Assembly: GCA_963704165.1 (NCBI GenBank)
Contig: CAVPHD010000006.1
Location: forward strand, 1 to 64,000
DNA length: 64,000 nucleotides
From: an uncultured delta proteobacterium
GTDB lineage: Bacteria; Myxococcota_A; UBA9160; SZUA-336
Direction: 5' to 3'
The notes below the pieces were generated by a model. The model did not search any database, was not told the origin of the DNA, and was given only the letters and a program-made list of their open reading frames with translations. Positions 1 through 10,410 of the stretch are shown piece after piece (position 1 is the first letter of the stretch; the number at the start of each line of letters is the position of its first letter). The translations under genes and the position numbers were made by a program.

Positions 1-493
1 CGAAGACGAGTTCGAGCTTGAGATGCCGCTCTTCCTCGCCGATGGACTGACGCCCGGACGCGTCGTGCTCGGGCTCACGTCCCAGTCCCTCGAAGCGGCG
101 ATCCACGAGGCGTTCTCGCGCGTGCCCACCGCGGAGCTGCCCGTCCCGGCGCAGCGGATCGCGAACGCGATCGTCGAACGCGAGCGCGGCATGCCGACGC
201 TTCTCGCTCGCGGACTCGCCGCTCCGCACGCGCGCCTCGACGACGTCCGGAACTTCCTCCTCGTCTTCGCGCGCTCCGACATCGGCATTCCCGTGCCCGG
301 CCGCGACGAGCCCGCCCACCTGCTCTTCCTGATGGTGACCCCGGGCCGCGACCCGCGCGTGCAACTCCGAATGCTCGCCCGCGTCGCCGGCCTGCTCGAC
401 AGCGACTACGTCGTCGATCGCCTGCGCGAGGCCGAGACCCCCGAGCAAGTGGTCGAAGTCCTGCGCGCGGCGGATCCGGGAGCGCTCGGATAG
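1..493 (+). CDS. PTS EIIA (PtsN/fructose-type) domain protein, 5' partial; possibly the C-terminal domain of a transporter fusion
   Basis: ERE..PT..G.A.PHAR motif and HLLFLMVTP..LRMLARVA; frame is open to the window edge upstream of ATG 23. Confidence 0.75.
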   Translation, partial: EDEFELEMPLFLADGLTPGRVVLGLTSQSLEAAIHEAFSRVPTAELPVPAQRIANAIVERERGMPTLLARGLAAPHARLDDVRNFLLVFARSDIGIPVPGRDEPAHLLFLMVTPGRDPRVQLRMLARVAGLLDSDYVVDRLREAETPEQVVEVLRAADPGALG

Positions 494-509
494 ATCCCCG
501 AACGGCTCG

Positions 510-911
510 TTACGGCTTACACGGACCGAGCTTCTTTCCGCTCATCACGAAGGTCATCTTCCCTTCTTCGGACTGCAGCGTGTATTTCGCGTCGAGTCGA
601 TCCGCGGTTCGCGTCGTGGTCCCGCTGCCCTCCATCGGCTCGGGTGGACCACAGCGGACCTTGAAGCTCGTCGTGTCGCCCTTCACCTCGACCTCGCTGA
701 ACGTGCAGTTCGCGTCCACCGGCGGCGTTCGTTCCTGCGTCGGCTTCTCGCAGCGGGTGGTCGGCGGGATGGGCATCTTCATGCCCATCATCTCCATGCT
801 GCCCTGGTACTCCCATTGCTCATCCGCGGGATCCGCCGCGAGGGAATTCGCGTTCATCCCCGCGCTCGCGAGCAGAACCACCGTGATACCGATGAACCGG
901 GTCCAAGCCAT
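510..911 (-). CDS. Secreted DUF3617-like protein
   Basis: AGGAGG RBS before ATG 911; signal peptide MAWTRFIGITVVLLASAG; WEY..SMEM, paired Cys, C-terminal GKKLGPC. Confidence 0.7.
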   Translation of the reverse strand: MAWTRFIGITVVLLASAGMNANSLAADPADEQWEYQGSMEMMGMKMPIPPTTRCEKPTQERTPPVDANCTFSEVEVKGDTTSFKVRCGPPEPMEGSGTTTRTADRLDAKYTLQSEEGKMTFVMSGKKLGPCKP

Positions 912-1046
912 GGGATCTCTCCTCCTGATGTGGGGCGGAGTGTTCGGAACTCCTCGGAGGCGAGCAACTCCCGCGGTTGAACCGCGGGGACCCACGCTGT
1001 AGAAGGGACGGCGCGAGCTCCCCGACCGCAGAGGCAGGGTCCATTC

Positions 1047-2762
1047 ATGGCGCGAGCGTCCCGAAGCCAGAGCTTCCACCCCGACGGATCTCGGACCGTC
1101 GTGCTGCCGACGGGCCAGATCGCGCACCGTGAACACGCCGAGCAGTCCGCGTTGCTCGAGAAGAAGTTCTACGCGGTCCGACCCGGCGTCTGGTGCTTCG
1201 TCGGCAATGGCCTGTCGAACCAGTCTTTCGTCGAGGGGCCCGAGGGCATCATCGCGATCGACACGGGCGAATCCGTCGAGGAGATGGCCTCCGCGCTCCG
1301 TGAGCTCAGGGCGCACACGGCCGCCCCGATCGCCGCGGTCCTGTACACGCACTTCCATTACGTCGCGGGCACCCGAGCCGTCCTCGACGAAGCTGCGGGA
1401 CGGGAGGTCCCCGTCTACGGTCACGCGAAGATCGGCGCGAATCGGCTGCGCGCGGCAACCGAGATCGCGCCCGCCTACGGTCGCGGCGTGGTGGAGCAGT
1501 TCGGATTGGCACTTCCGCTGACCGGACCCGATGGCCTCGTCAACGTCGGACTCGGGTTCCATTTCCGAAACCCCGAGCACGCGCCGTTCACGCCCGGGTA
1601 CGTGCCACCGACGAACGTGTTCCACGAGCCATGCGAGATCCGAGCCGCTGGACTGACGGTCCGGGTCACGCCCGCGCCGTCCGATGCCGACGATTCGGTG
1701 ACGTTCTGGTTCCCGGAGCTCGCGACCGCCGTCAACAACCTGGTCTGGCCGACGCTCTTCAACATCTTCGCGATTCGCGGCGAGGAGTACCGTGATCCGC
1801 GGGTTCTGCTCGCGGGACTCGATCACCTTCTCTCGCTCCGAGCGGAGCACCTGGTGGGAACGCACGGGCCGCCGCTTCGCGGGCGTTCGGAGATCCACGA
1901 ACGCGTCACGCGGTATCGGGACGCGATTCAGTTCATCTGGGACCAGACCGTGCGCGGCGCCAACCGCGGACTCACGAGCGCCGAGCTCGCGCACGAGGTC
2001 GCGCTCCCCGCGACCTGCGGTGCGGACCCCCTGACGCGACAGCTCTACGGCGTGACCGAGCACCACGCCCGCCAGATCCGATCCGGCCTGTTCGGCTTCT
2101 TCGACGGGGATCCGGCGAATCTCTTCCCGCTGCCACCCGACGAGAGAGCGTCGCGATTGATCACGGGGTTCGGCGGTCGCGAATCGGTGCGCGAGCAATC
2201 GCGCACGGCGCTCGCGCGTGACGACCTTCGCTGGGCGATCGAAACCGCTTCCTGGCTGGTCGCGAGCCCGGGCGCCGATTCGCGCGACCGCGAGCTTCTG
2301 GCCGAAGCGCTGCGCAAGGTGGCGCAGCGCACGACGGCCGCCAACATCCGCAGCTGGTGTCTGACCCGCGCCCGAGTGCTCGAAGGCGAAGTGGACGGCG
2401 ACCGCTTCCGGGTGCACCGCTTTCATCGCTCCCAGATCCTCGCGTCGCCGCCCGAGCTCTCCGTGCGTGTGCTTCGCGTGATGCTCGACCCCGACCCGGC
2501 CGTCGGACTCGACGTGCACATCGGATGGAACTTCGACGGGTGTCGGACCGGGCTGCACCTTCGAAACTGCATCGCCTGCCCGACCGATGGCGCCGACGCC
2601 GAAATCGAGATCCGCTGCACGCTCGGCGACTGGGCGGACGTGCTGACGGGCCAGGTCACGCTCTCGGCGGCGCTCGAGAGTCAACGGTTGGGTGTCCGCG
2701 GCGACCGAGAGAGACTGCGCACTGCCCTCGCCTGCTTCGATCTGGAATCACTGAAGTCGTGA
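1047..2762 (+). CDS. Alkyl/aryl-sulfatase family (SdsA/BDS1) MBL-fold hydrolase with dimerisation and SCP2-like C-terminal domains
   Basis: GLSNQSFVEG, IDTG, FNIFAIRGEEYRDP, GTHGPP, DQTVRGANRG, GFFDGDPANL. Confidence 0.85.
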   Translation: MARASRSQSFHPDGSRTVVLPTGQIAHREHAEQSALLEKKFYAVRPGVWCFVGNGLSNQSFVEGPEGIIAIDTGESVEEMASALRELRAHTAAPIAAVLYTHFHYVAGTRAVLDEAAGREVPVYGHAKIGANRLRAATEIAPAYGRGVVEQFGLALPLTGPDGLVNVGLGFHFRNPEHAPFTPGYVPPTNVFHEPCEIRAAGLTVRVTPAPSDADDSVTFWFPELATAVNNLVWPTLFNIFAIRGEEYRDPRVLLAGLDHLLSLRAEHLVGTHGPPLRGRSEIHERVTRYRDAIQFIWDQTVRGANRGLTSAELAHEVALPATCGADPLTRQLYGVTEHHARQIRSGLFGFFDGDPANLFPLPPDERASRLITGFGGRESVREQSRTALARDDLRWAIETASWLVASPGADSRDRELLAEALRKVAQRTTAANIRSWCLTRARVLEGEVDGDRFRVHRFHRSQILASPPELSVRVLRVMLDPDPAVGLDVHIGWNFDGCRTGLHLRNCIACPTDGADAEIEIRCTLGDWADVLTGQVTLSAALESQRLGVRGDRERLRTALACFDLESLKS

Positions 2763-2777
2763 GCGGAGCGGGAGCCC

Positions 2778-3686
2778 CTATCCCGCGCGGTCCCAGAGCA
2801 GCCCGAGGATCGCGACGACGAGGAGAGCCGTTCCGAGCTTCTCGCGCCGGCTCGGATGCTGGCCGAGCCCGACGATCGCGACGCCGTAGCCGAAGAGCAC
2901 CTCGACGAGGCCGAGCATGCGCACGTGGGCCGCGGACTCGATCGTCATCGCGGTGAACCAGCACGCCGAGGCCGCGGCGCCGCTGAGGCCGGGCAGGAGC
3001 GACCGCTTCCACTCGCGCATCACCGCGCCGATCTGCCCCGGCTCACGACCGACGAGATAGAGCGAGATCAGAACGCTCTGGATCGCGAGCGTGACGGCGA
3101 GCGTAGCCGCGGCAGACACGGCGAACGGCAGGCCGAGCGAGAGCGATGCGGCGCGAAAGCCGACCGCCGCGATGGCAAAGCAGCCGCCCGTCGCCAGGCC
3201 GAGCAACGCCGGTCGCCCCGCGAGGCTCGCGAGCGCGTTGCGAAAGCCGAGCGCGCCCGCGTCACGCGCGAGAAGGACGAGACCGACGGTCGCGATCGCG
3301 ATCGCGACCCCCGCCCACACCGTGATCGCGTCGCCCAGCACGATCAGCCCGAAGAGCGCGACCTGCAGGACCTCGGACTTCGAGAATGCGATGCCCGCCG
3401 AGAAGTTCCGGAGCTGGAAGAGATGGAGCAGGCAGGCCGTCCCGACGATCTGCGCGACACCGCCGAGCGTCGCCCAGGCGAAGAACTCCGGGTCGGGCGA
3501 CGGCACGGGTGTCTTCGAGAGGCCGAACACGGCCAGCGCGTAGAGCACCGCGAACGGAAACCCGAACAGAAACCGCGTGGCCGTCGCGCCGAGCGGCGAG
3601 AGCGCGCCGGTGAGTCCCCGTTGGAAGGCGTTTCGCGCGGTCTGCAGCGCGGCGGCGGCGAGCGTGATCGGAATCCAGAGCACCAC
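2778..3686 (-). CDS. DMT/EamA family transporter
   Basis: About 10 hydrophobic helices; [31 protein letters not shown] before GTG. Confidence 0.8.
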   Translation of the reverse strand: MVLWIPITLAAAALQTARNAFQRGLTGALSPLGATATRFLFGFPFAVLYALAVFGLSKTPVPSPDPEFFAWATLGGVAQIVGTACLLHLFQLRNFSAGIAFSKSEVLQVALFGLIVLGDAITVWAGVAIAIATVGLVLLARDAGALGFRNALASLAGRPALLGLATGGCFAIAAVGFRAASLSLGLPFAVSAAATLAVTLAIQSVLISLYLVGREPGQIGAVMREWKRSLLPGLSGAAASACWFTAMTIESAAHVRMLGLVEVLFGYGVAIVGLGQHPSRREKLGTALLVVAILGLLWDRAG

Positions 3687-3729
3687 GGCCTCCGACGCCA
3701 GGTATGAGAGCCGTCGGGTTCCGGACGGA

Positions 3730-4251
3730 TCAGGTCTTCATGCGCATCGGGCCCATGTAGTCGCGTTTTCCGAGCTTCACGCCCTTCATTCTCAGGATGT
3801 CGTACGCCGTGGTCGCGTGGAAGTACAGGTTCGGCAGCGAGAACGACATCAAGAAGCCCTCGGCGGTGAACGGGATCTTGAAGTCGCCGAGCTGGAATAC
3901 GACGTCCTTGCCCTGCAGCGCGTCGATCTCGTCACGCGAGAGCTTTCCCAGCGCCGAACTCGTGTCGGCAACCAGTTGCTGGAGCCCTGCGTAGTCCTGG
4001 TTCATCGCGCCCGCGGGCGGCTTGAACACGCCGGCCCTCACGCCCTCGATCGCGCCCATCGTGTGGTGCGCCACCGACACGATCTGGAATCGGAACGGCA
4101 GCATGTCGGCGTAGAGCCGTGTCTCGACGATCTCGTCGAGCGCGATGCCGTTCGCCTGAGCGTGCGCCTTTCCCTTCTCGAGGACGCCCGCGACGCCTCC
4201 GAGCGCCTGCAGATACGAAGCTACGCTGACGTCGTAAAGCGGAATTCCCAT
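3730..4251 (-). CDS. DUF1993 family (DinB-like) protein
   Basis: [36 protein letters not shown]. Confidence 0.9.
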   Translation of the reverse strand: MGIPLYDVSVASYLQALGGVAGVLEKGKAHAQANGIALDEIVETRLYADMLPFRFQIVSVAHHTMGAIEGVRAGVFKPPAGAMNQDYAGLQQLVADTSSALGKLSRDEIDALQGKDVVFQLGDFKIPFTAEGFLMSFSLPNLYFHATTAYDILRMKGVKLGKRDYMGPMRMKT

Positions 4252-4275
4252 GATCCGTCCTCCCGAAAACTGGAT

Positions 4276-4740
4276 TCAGGCCGACGCGCCGGGCCGGCTC
4301 TTCAGCATCATCGCCTGACGCTTGCAGATCGCGACGACTTCGCCGCGCTGGTTCACGCCTTTGTGCTCGAACGTGACGATTCCCCACTCGGGCCGCGACT
4401 TCGATTCCCGCTTCTCGAGGACGGTGGTGATCGCCGTGATCGTGTCGCCGAGGAAGACGGGCTTGGGGAACTCGACCTTCTCCATGCCGAGATTCCCGAC
4501 CGTGGTGCCGAGGGTGGTCTCGCCGACCGAGAGCCCGATCACGAGGCCGAGCGTGAAGATCGAGTTCACCAGGATCTTTCCGAAGTGACTCGTCTTGGCG
4601 AACTCGGCGTCGACGTGGAGCGGCTGCGGGTTCATGGTGAGCGTCGAGAAGAGCAGATTGTCGGTCTCCGTCACGGTACGCGACGGCTGGTGCGTGAAGA
4701 TCTGGCCGACCCGGAACTCGTCGAACGTGAGCCCGGGCAT
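4276..4740 (-). CDS. MaoC family dehydratase
   Basis: [34 protein letters not shown]. Confidence 0.9.
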   Translation of the reverse strand: MPGLTFDEFRVGQIFTHQPSRTVTETDNLLFSTLTMNPQPLHVDAEFAKTSHFGKILVNSIFTLGLVIGLSVGETTLGTTVGNLGMEKVEFPKPVFLGDTITAITTVLEKRESKSRPEWGIVTFEHKGVNQRGEVVAICKRQAMMLKSRPGASA

Positions 4741-6019
4741 CAGGTCTTTCCGACCGGATCTTCGAGCGGGATCGAGAGACCGCCGGCGCTCCCGGCCTTC
4801 TCCCGGTCGGGCACCTGCTGCTGGACGATCTGCCGTCCGAGCGCGTGCATGACCGGGATCTCGTCGTCGCGAAGCTCGCGCATGCGCTGCTTGCGCTTCA
4901 TCGCCTGCTCGATGTACGGCGCGAGCTCCGCCTGCTTTCGGCGTTCTCGTTCGCCGTCGCCGTCGTGGAATTCACGCATGACCTCGCCCGCGAAGAGCTC
5001 GAGCGACTCGCAGATGTGCTCGTGGCGGTTCTTGCCGCCCTGCTGGATGAACGATGACCTGATCGACGCCCGCGTCGGCGAATCCGCGCAGGTGCGCGCG
5101 CAGCTGCGCCGGCGTGCCGATGCCGCGGTTCGCGCCGCTCGAAGGCAGTGCGGAGCGCGCCTTCTCGAAGCGCTCCCAGATGTTCGTCCGGCCCGGCGTG
5201 TGCTCGCCGAAGATGTAGTGATGGCCGAGCGCGTAGCCGAAGAAGTGGAAGCCATCGAGGCCGCGCCGGATCGCCTCCTGCTCGTCGGGGTGACAGGAGA
5301 AGCCGGTCACCATGGCGATGTTCGGGTTCACGGCGTGCCCGATCGGCATGCACTCCGTCTTCAGGATCCGGTAGTAGTCGTCGACCCACTGCCTGGCCTC
5401 GCTCGGGTCGACGAACGCGAACGTCAGCGCGCCGATGCCGAGCTTCGCCGCGAGCTTGATCGTCTCGCGGTTGCAGCACGCCACCCAGATCGGCGGGTGC
5501 GGCTTCTGCACCGGCTTGGGTACGACGTTGCGGCACGGCATCGAGAAGTACTTGCCCTCGTAACCGGGGTACGGGTCCATCGCCATCATGTTGGCGATCT
5601 GCTCGACGGCCTCGCGCCACTGATCGCGCTTCTCCGCGACGGGAACGTCGAAGCCGTCGAGCTCCGCGATCGAGCTCGACTCGCCGGTGCCGAAGTCGAC
5701 GCGCCCGTTCGAGACGAGATCGAGCGTGGCGATGCGCTCGGCGATTCGCGCCGGGTGGTTGTAGCCCGGCGGGCATCAGCACGATGCCGTGGCCGAGCCG
5801 GATGCGCTTGGTGCGCTGGCTGCACGCAGCGAGGAAGACCTCGGGCGCGGACGAGTGCGAGTACTCCTCGAGGAAGTGGTGCTCGACCTCCCAGGCGTAG
5901 TCGATGCCGAGCTGGTCGGCGAGCTCGACCTGGTCGAGCGCTTCCTGGAAGAGGCGCTGCTCCGCGCCCTCGGTCCACGGCCGCGGAAGCTGGTGCTCGT
6001 AGAAGATCCCGAACTTCAT
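4740..6019 (-). CDS. LLM class flavin-dependent oxidoreductase (two apparent frameshifts near 5770 and 5050)
   Basis: [31 protein letters not shown] continues across three ORF fragments ([29 protein letters not shown]). Confidence 0.85.
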
Positions 6020-6501
6020 TTCAGATCCGTCAGAATTCCCTCGGCGCGGCTGACTTCGAACTTGCCCGGCGCTTCGACGTGAAGCGTCTTCACGACTCCG
6101 TCTTCGACGAGCGCGGAGAAGCGCTGGCCGCGAATGCCCATGCCGAAGCCCGAGCCGTCGAACTCGAGCCCGAGCGCACGAGAGAACTCCGCGTTTCCGT
6201 CGGCGAGAAGCGTGACCTTGTTCCCGACGTTGCGGTCCCGGCCCCAGGATTCCATCACGAACGCATCGTTGACGGAGATGCAGACGATCTCCGACACGCC
6301 CTTCGCCTTGATCTCGTCCGACTTCTCGACGAATCCCGGCAGGTGCTTCGCCGAGCAGGTCGGCGTGAACGCGCCGGGCACCGAGAAGAGCACGACCTTC
6401 CGGCCCTTGAAGAACTCCGCGGTGTCGATGTCCTTCAGGCCCTCGGCCGTCAGTCGTTTCAGCGTCGCCTTGGGAATGCGGTCGCCAACCTTGATCGCCA
6501 T
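6016..6501 (-). CDS. Peroxiredoxin (Prx5/type II)
   Basis: [42 protein letters not shown]. Confidence 0.95.
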   Translation of the reverse strand: MAIKVGDRIPKATLKRLTAEGLKDIDTAEFFKGRKVVLFSVPGAFTPTCSAKHLPGFVEKSDEIKAKGVSEIVCISVNDAFVMESWGRDRNVGNKVTLLADGNAEFSRALGLEFDGSGFGMGIRGQRFSALVEDGVVKTLHVEAPGKFEVSRAEGILTDLK

Positions 6502-6573
6502 GGGGAGTTCTCCTCGGTACGGGTTGGCCTGATTATGCGTGGTAGAATCCGCGCGCCGCAAGGAGATGCTCGT

Positions 6574-7623
6574 ATGCGCAGCCCCCGGAATTTCTTCACG
6601 CCGAAGGCGATCGGTGCTCCCGCCCCCGTACGCGAGGTTCCGGTGCGTCCGTCGCGCATGATCCACTTCTTCGACCCGAGCAATCCACGCATGGCGTCGA
6701 AGGTGCCCGACATCGCGAAGCAGGTGGACATCCTGCTCGGCAACCTCGAGGACGCGATTCCGACCGAGCGCAAGCTCGACGCGCGTGAGGGCCTGATCAA
6801 GATCGCGCGCGACGTCGACTTCGGAGAGACGCAGCTCTGGACGCGGATCAACTCGCTCGACAGTCCGTGGATGCTGGACGACCTGATCCGACTCGTCGGT
6901 GAGATCGGCGACAAGCTCGACGTAATCATGGTGCCGAAGGTCGAAGGCGCCTGGGACATCCACTACGTCGATCAGCTGCTCGCGCAGCTCGAGGCGAAGG
7001 CGGGGCTCAAGAAGCCCCTGCTCGTGCACGCGATCCTCGAGACGGCGCTCGGCGTCGCGAACGTCGAAGAGATCGCCGCCGCCTCACCGCGAATGCAGGG
7101 CATGAGTCTGGGGCCGGCCGACCTCGCCGCCTCGCGGCGAATGAAGACGACACGCGTCGGCGGCGGTCACCCGGGTTATCTCGTGCGCACCGACCCCGAT
7201 CCGGGAAACGCGGATTCGCCCCGCACGACCGCGCAACAGGACCTCTGGCACTACACCATGGGGCGTATGGTCGACGCCTGCGCCGCGACCGGCGCCCTGC
7301 CCTTCTACGGACCGTTCGGCGCGATCGACGACCCGGTCGGCTGCGAAGACCAGTTCCGCAATGCCTTCCTGATGGGCTGCGTCGGCGCCTGGTCTCTCCA
7401 TCCGAGCCAGATCGCGATCGCCAAGCGCGTCTTCAGCCCGCCGCCCGACGAGGTGCTCTGGGCCAAGCGCGTGATCGCCGCCATGCCCGACGGCAGCGGC
7501 ACGGTGATGCTCGAGGGCAAGATGCAGGACGACGCGACCTTCAAGCAGTGCAAGGTCATGGTGACGCTGGCGGAGTTGATCGCCTCGCGCGATTCGGATC
7601 TGAAGAAGCTCTACGAGCTTTGA
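6574..7623 (+). CDS. mcl: Malyl-CoA/methylmalyl-CoA/citramalyl-CoA lyase (Chloroflexus-type, HpcH/CitE family)
   Basis: [52 protein letters not shown] match Chloroflexus Mcl as I recall it; AAGGAG RBS. Confidence 0.8.
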   Translation: MRSPRNFFTPKAIGAPAPVREVPVRPSRMIHFFDPSNPRMASKVPDIAKQVDILLGNLEDAIPTERKLDAREGLIKIARDVDFGETQLWTRINSLDSPWMLDDLIRLVGEIGDKLDVIMVPKVEGAWDIHYVDQLLAQLEAKAGLKKPLLVHAILETALGVANVEEIAAASPRMQGMSLGPADLAASRRMKTTRVGGGHPGYLVRTDPDPGNADSPRTTAQQDLWHYTMGRMVDACAATGALPFYGPFGAIDDPVGCEDQFRNAFLMGCVGAWSLHPSQIAIAKRVFSPPPDEVLWAKRVIAAMPDGSGTVMLEGKMQDDATFKQCKVMVTLAELIASRDSDLKKLYEL

Positions 7624-8510
7624 GCGGCGCGCCCGAGTGGTTCCGACGCGCTCTGGCGCAGAAGCCCGAAGACCTCCGCGTCGAGGTCGAAGGCTGCGAG
7701 ATCCACTACCTGCGCTGGGGCGAGCAAGACAAGCCCGGGATCGTGCTCGTCCACGGCGGTGCGGCACACGCCCACTGGTGGAGCTTCATCGCGCCGCTGC
7801 TCTCGTCCCAGTACCACGTCGTCGCGCTCGATCTCTCCGGGCACGGTGACAGCGGCCGAAGGCCCGAGTACCGGCGAGAGGTCTGGGCCGAAGAGGTCAT
7901 GGCCGTCGCGCGCCACGCGGGCATCGTCGGCGCACCGCTGCTGGTCGGACACAGCATGGGAGGGATCGTCTGCATCGCGGCGGCCGCGCGCTTCGGCGAT
8001 CGACTCGCCGGCGCGATCATCGTGGATTCGCCGGTGCGGAGGCCCGATCCCGAATCCGAGGAGGGCACCCGCGGTCGCGCCTTCCGAAACCCGAAGACGT
8101 ACTCGGACTTCGAGACCGCGGTGCGGAAGTTCCGGCTGATTCCGCCGCAGCCGTGCGAGAACGACTGGATCGTCGATCACGTCGCGCGGCACTCGCTCCA
8201 CCGGACGGCCGACGGCTGGACCTGGAAGTTCGACCCGGTGGTCTTCCGCCGCGCATCGCCGGAGTCGATCCAGGAGAACCTCGCGCAGGTGCGCTGTCGC
8301 GTCGCGGTGCTTCGCGGCGAACTCTCGTTCCTCGTCACACCCGACGTCGCCGACTACATGTACGAGCTTCTCGATCGCAACGCCCCGGTGGTCGAGATCC
8401 CGCAGGCGCACCACCATCTGCTTCTCGACCAGCCGCTCGCCTTCGTCTCGGCCCTTCGCGCGATCCTCGCCGATTGGGAGCACTCGCTGCCGCGACGGCC
8501 GCGGCCGTGA
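7620..8510 (+). CDS. Alpha/beta hydrolase
   Basis: [35 protein letters not shown] start overlaps the mcl stop. Confidence 0.9.
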   Translation: MSGAPEWFRRALAQKPEDLRVEVEGCEIHYLRWGEQDKPGIVLVHGGAAHAHWWSFIAPLLSSQYHVVALDLSGHGDSGRRPEYRREVWAEEVMAVARHAGIVGAPLLVGHSMGGIVCIAAAARFGDRLAGAIIVDSPVRRPDPESEEGTRGRAFRNPKTYSDFETAVRKFRLIPPQPCENDWIVDHVARHSLHRTADGWTWKFDPVVFRRASPESIQENLAQVRCRVAVLRGELSFLVTPDVADYMYELLDRNAPVVEIPQAHHHLLLDQPLAFVSALRAILADWEHSLPRRPRP

Positions 8511-8547
8511 GATACTGAACCCGCCTCGACGCACGGGAGAACGCTGC

Positions 8548-9309
8548 ATGTCGCTTCAAGGTCGTGTCGCTCTGGTCACCGGTGGCAGCCGGGGAATCGG
8601 TCGTGGGATCGCGCTCGGACTCGCCGAGGACGGCGCGGACATCGCCGTGAACTACCGGAAGGACGAGGCCGCGGCCAAGGAGACCGTCGCCGCGATCGAA
8701 GCGCTCGGCCGGCGCGCACGCGCGTACGCGGGCTCGGTCGACAGCTACGACGACTGCAAGGCGCTCGTCGACGCCACGATCCGCGACTTCGGCTTCGTCG
8801 ACATCCTGGTCAACAACGCCGGCATCGCGAGCCGTGGGAACAGCGTGAAGAACACCGACCCGCTCGAGTTCGAGCGTGTGGTCCGCACCCACACCTTCGG
8901 GCCCTTCTACCTCTCGCAGCTCGCGATCCCGAGCATGCGCACGCGGCCGCGCGGCGACATCGTGATGATCTCGTCGGTGGCGACGCTCGGCATGGCCGGC
9001 GGCGGCTCGCCGTACAACGTGGGCAAGGCGGGAATGGAGGCGCTCGCGCTCACGCTCGCAAGGGAAGAGAAGAAGCACGGAATCCACGTGAACATCGTCG
9101 CGCCGGGCCTGGTCGAGACCGACATGGGCGTGCGCCTGGCGAAGGCGACGATGGGCGTGAAGGACATCCGCCAGCTCGACGCGGCCATGCCGTTCGGCCG
9201 GGTCTGCCAGCCGGACGACATCGCGAACGCCGTACGCTTCCTGGTGTCGGAGCGCGCGAGCTACATCACCGGCGAGAAGATCAACGTGTATGGCGGCGGA
9301 TCGGCCTGA
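8548..9309 (+). CDS. SDR oxidoreductase (FabG-like)
   Basis: TGGSRGIG, NNAG, YNVGK. Confidence 0.9.
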   Translation: MSLQGRVALVTGGSRGIGRGIALGLAEDGADIAVNYRKDEAAAKETVAAIEALGRRARAYAGSVDSYDDCKALVDATIRDFGFVDILVNNAGIASRGNSVKNTDPLEFERVVRTHTFGPFYLSQLAIPSMRTRPRGDIVMISSVATLGMAGGGSPYNVGKAGMEALALTLAREEKKHGIHVNIVAPGLVETDMGVRLAKATMGVKDIRQLDAAMPFGRVCQPDDIANAVRFLVSERASYITGEKINVYGGGSA

Positions 9310-9324
9310 GACGGCGATCCGTCT

Positions 9325-9867
9325 TCAGTCGCCGATGCGCTTCCAGCTCGCGCGCCAGACGCAGACCGGATCGGACGTCGTGGTGCAGCCGAGCTTCTCG
9401 ACCGTGATGTCGTCGGCGTCGTTCAGCCCGATCGTTCCCCGGATGTAGCCCTGGATCAAGAGACAGAGCTCGCGCCTGGGGCTCTTGAATTCCTGGAGTT
9501 CCACGCGCGCGCGCCCCGGCGCCTCCGTGATCCGTTGCATGCGCCCGGCGTCGAATTGCGTCGACCAGAGCGCGAAGACGCGGCTCGTCGATCCGATCCC
9601 GCGAAGCAGGTCACCGTAGAACTCCGCGTGTGCACGCGCGGCGAACTCGCCCATGAATTCGAAGGCCGCGTCGCGCCCGGTGCCGAGCAGGTCGGCACAC
9701 ACGGCGACGAGGTCCAAGAGGTCCGCGAGCGGATACCACGCCGAGCTCTTGATCGTCTCGTCGAGGTAGTGCTGATGCTCGGGTGCGAGGAACTTGATCG
9801 CCTCGCCGCGTCGAGAACGCAGGAACTTCACGGCACCCAGGAGCGTCGATCCCTTCACGCGTCCCAT
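9325..9867 (-). CDS. V4R/DUF2378-like protein, paralog 2
   Basis: VKG..GAVKFLR, WYP, FALWSTQFD.G, C..IQGY, CTTTSDPVC.WR.SW. Confidence 0.6.
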   Translation of the reverse strand: MGRVKGSTLLGAVKFLRSRRGEAIKFLAPEHQHYLDETIKSSAWYPLADLLDLVAVCADLLGTGRDAAFEFMGEFAARAHAEFYGDLLRGIGSTSRVFALWSTQFDAGRMQRITEAPGRARVELQEFKSPRRELCLLIQGYIRGTIGLNDADDITVEKLGCTTTSDPVCVWRASWKRIGD

Positions 9868-9868
9868 C

Positions 9869-10408
9869 TCACCCCTCTTCGCTCTTCCACGAACCTCGCC
9901 AGGCACAGCGGTCGTCGCCGCGGAGGCGACATCCGATCTTCTCGATCGCGAGGTTCTGGATTCCGTTCATCAAGAGAACTCCGCGGAAGTAGCCCTGCGT
10001 CAGCAGGCACATCTCGTGGGAGGGATCCTCGTAGCCGACGATCTCCATCCGTACGGTCGACCGCGTCTCCTCGGTCATCCGCAGCTCGCCGGTGTCGTGC
10101 TGCGTCGACCAGAGCGCGAATGCGCGGCTCGTCGAGGAGCCGTCCAGAAGGCCGCCGTAGACCTCGGCGTGCCCTCGCGCGCTCGCTTCGCCCATGGCCT
10201 CGAGCACGCGGTCGGTCGGTCCCGGCATGAGCCGTGCGGTCGCGCGGATCAACTCGAGCATGTCGCGCTCGGGGTACCAGATCGACATGCGGATGTGTTC
10301 GTCGAGGTAGGCGTGCAGCGCCGGAGGCAGCGCCACGAGCGCTTCGGCGCGGTGTTTCCGCAGGTACTTGACCGCCCCGACGAACGCCGTCCCCTTGGCT
10401 TTGCCCAT
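9869..10408 (-). CDS. V4R/DUF2378-like protein, paralog 1
   Basis: AKG..GAVKYLR, WYP, FALWSTQHD.G, C..TQGY, CRLRGDDRC.WR.SW. Confidence 0.6.
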   Translation of the reverse strand: MGKAKGTAFVGAVKYLRKHRAEALVALPPALHAYLDEHIRMSIWYPERDMLELIRATARLMPGPTDRVLEAMGEASARGHAEVYGGLLDGSSTSRAFALWSTQHDTGELRMTEETRSTVRMEIVGYEDPSHEMCLLTQGYFRGVLLMNGIQNLAIEKIGCRLRGDDRCAWRGSWKSEEG

Positions 10409-10410
10409 CT

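Noticed and set aside
4740..6019. Programmed frameshifting in the LLM gene and other split genes
   Set aside because: No slippery sequences at the shift points and several shifts per gene. Sequencing error explains them better.
6574..7623. Evidence of 3-hydroxypropionate bicycle autotrophy
   Set aside because: Mcl alone is insufficient, and no other pathway genes are in the window.
9325..10408. Canonical H-NOX nitric oxide sensors
   Set aside because: No YxSxR motif or clear proximal His pattern. Kept only as V4R/H-NOX-like fold candidates.
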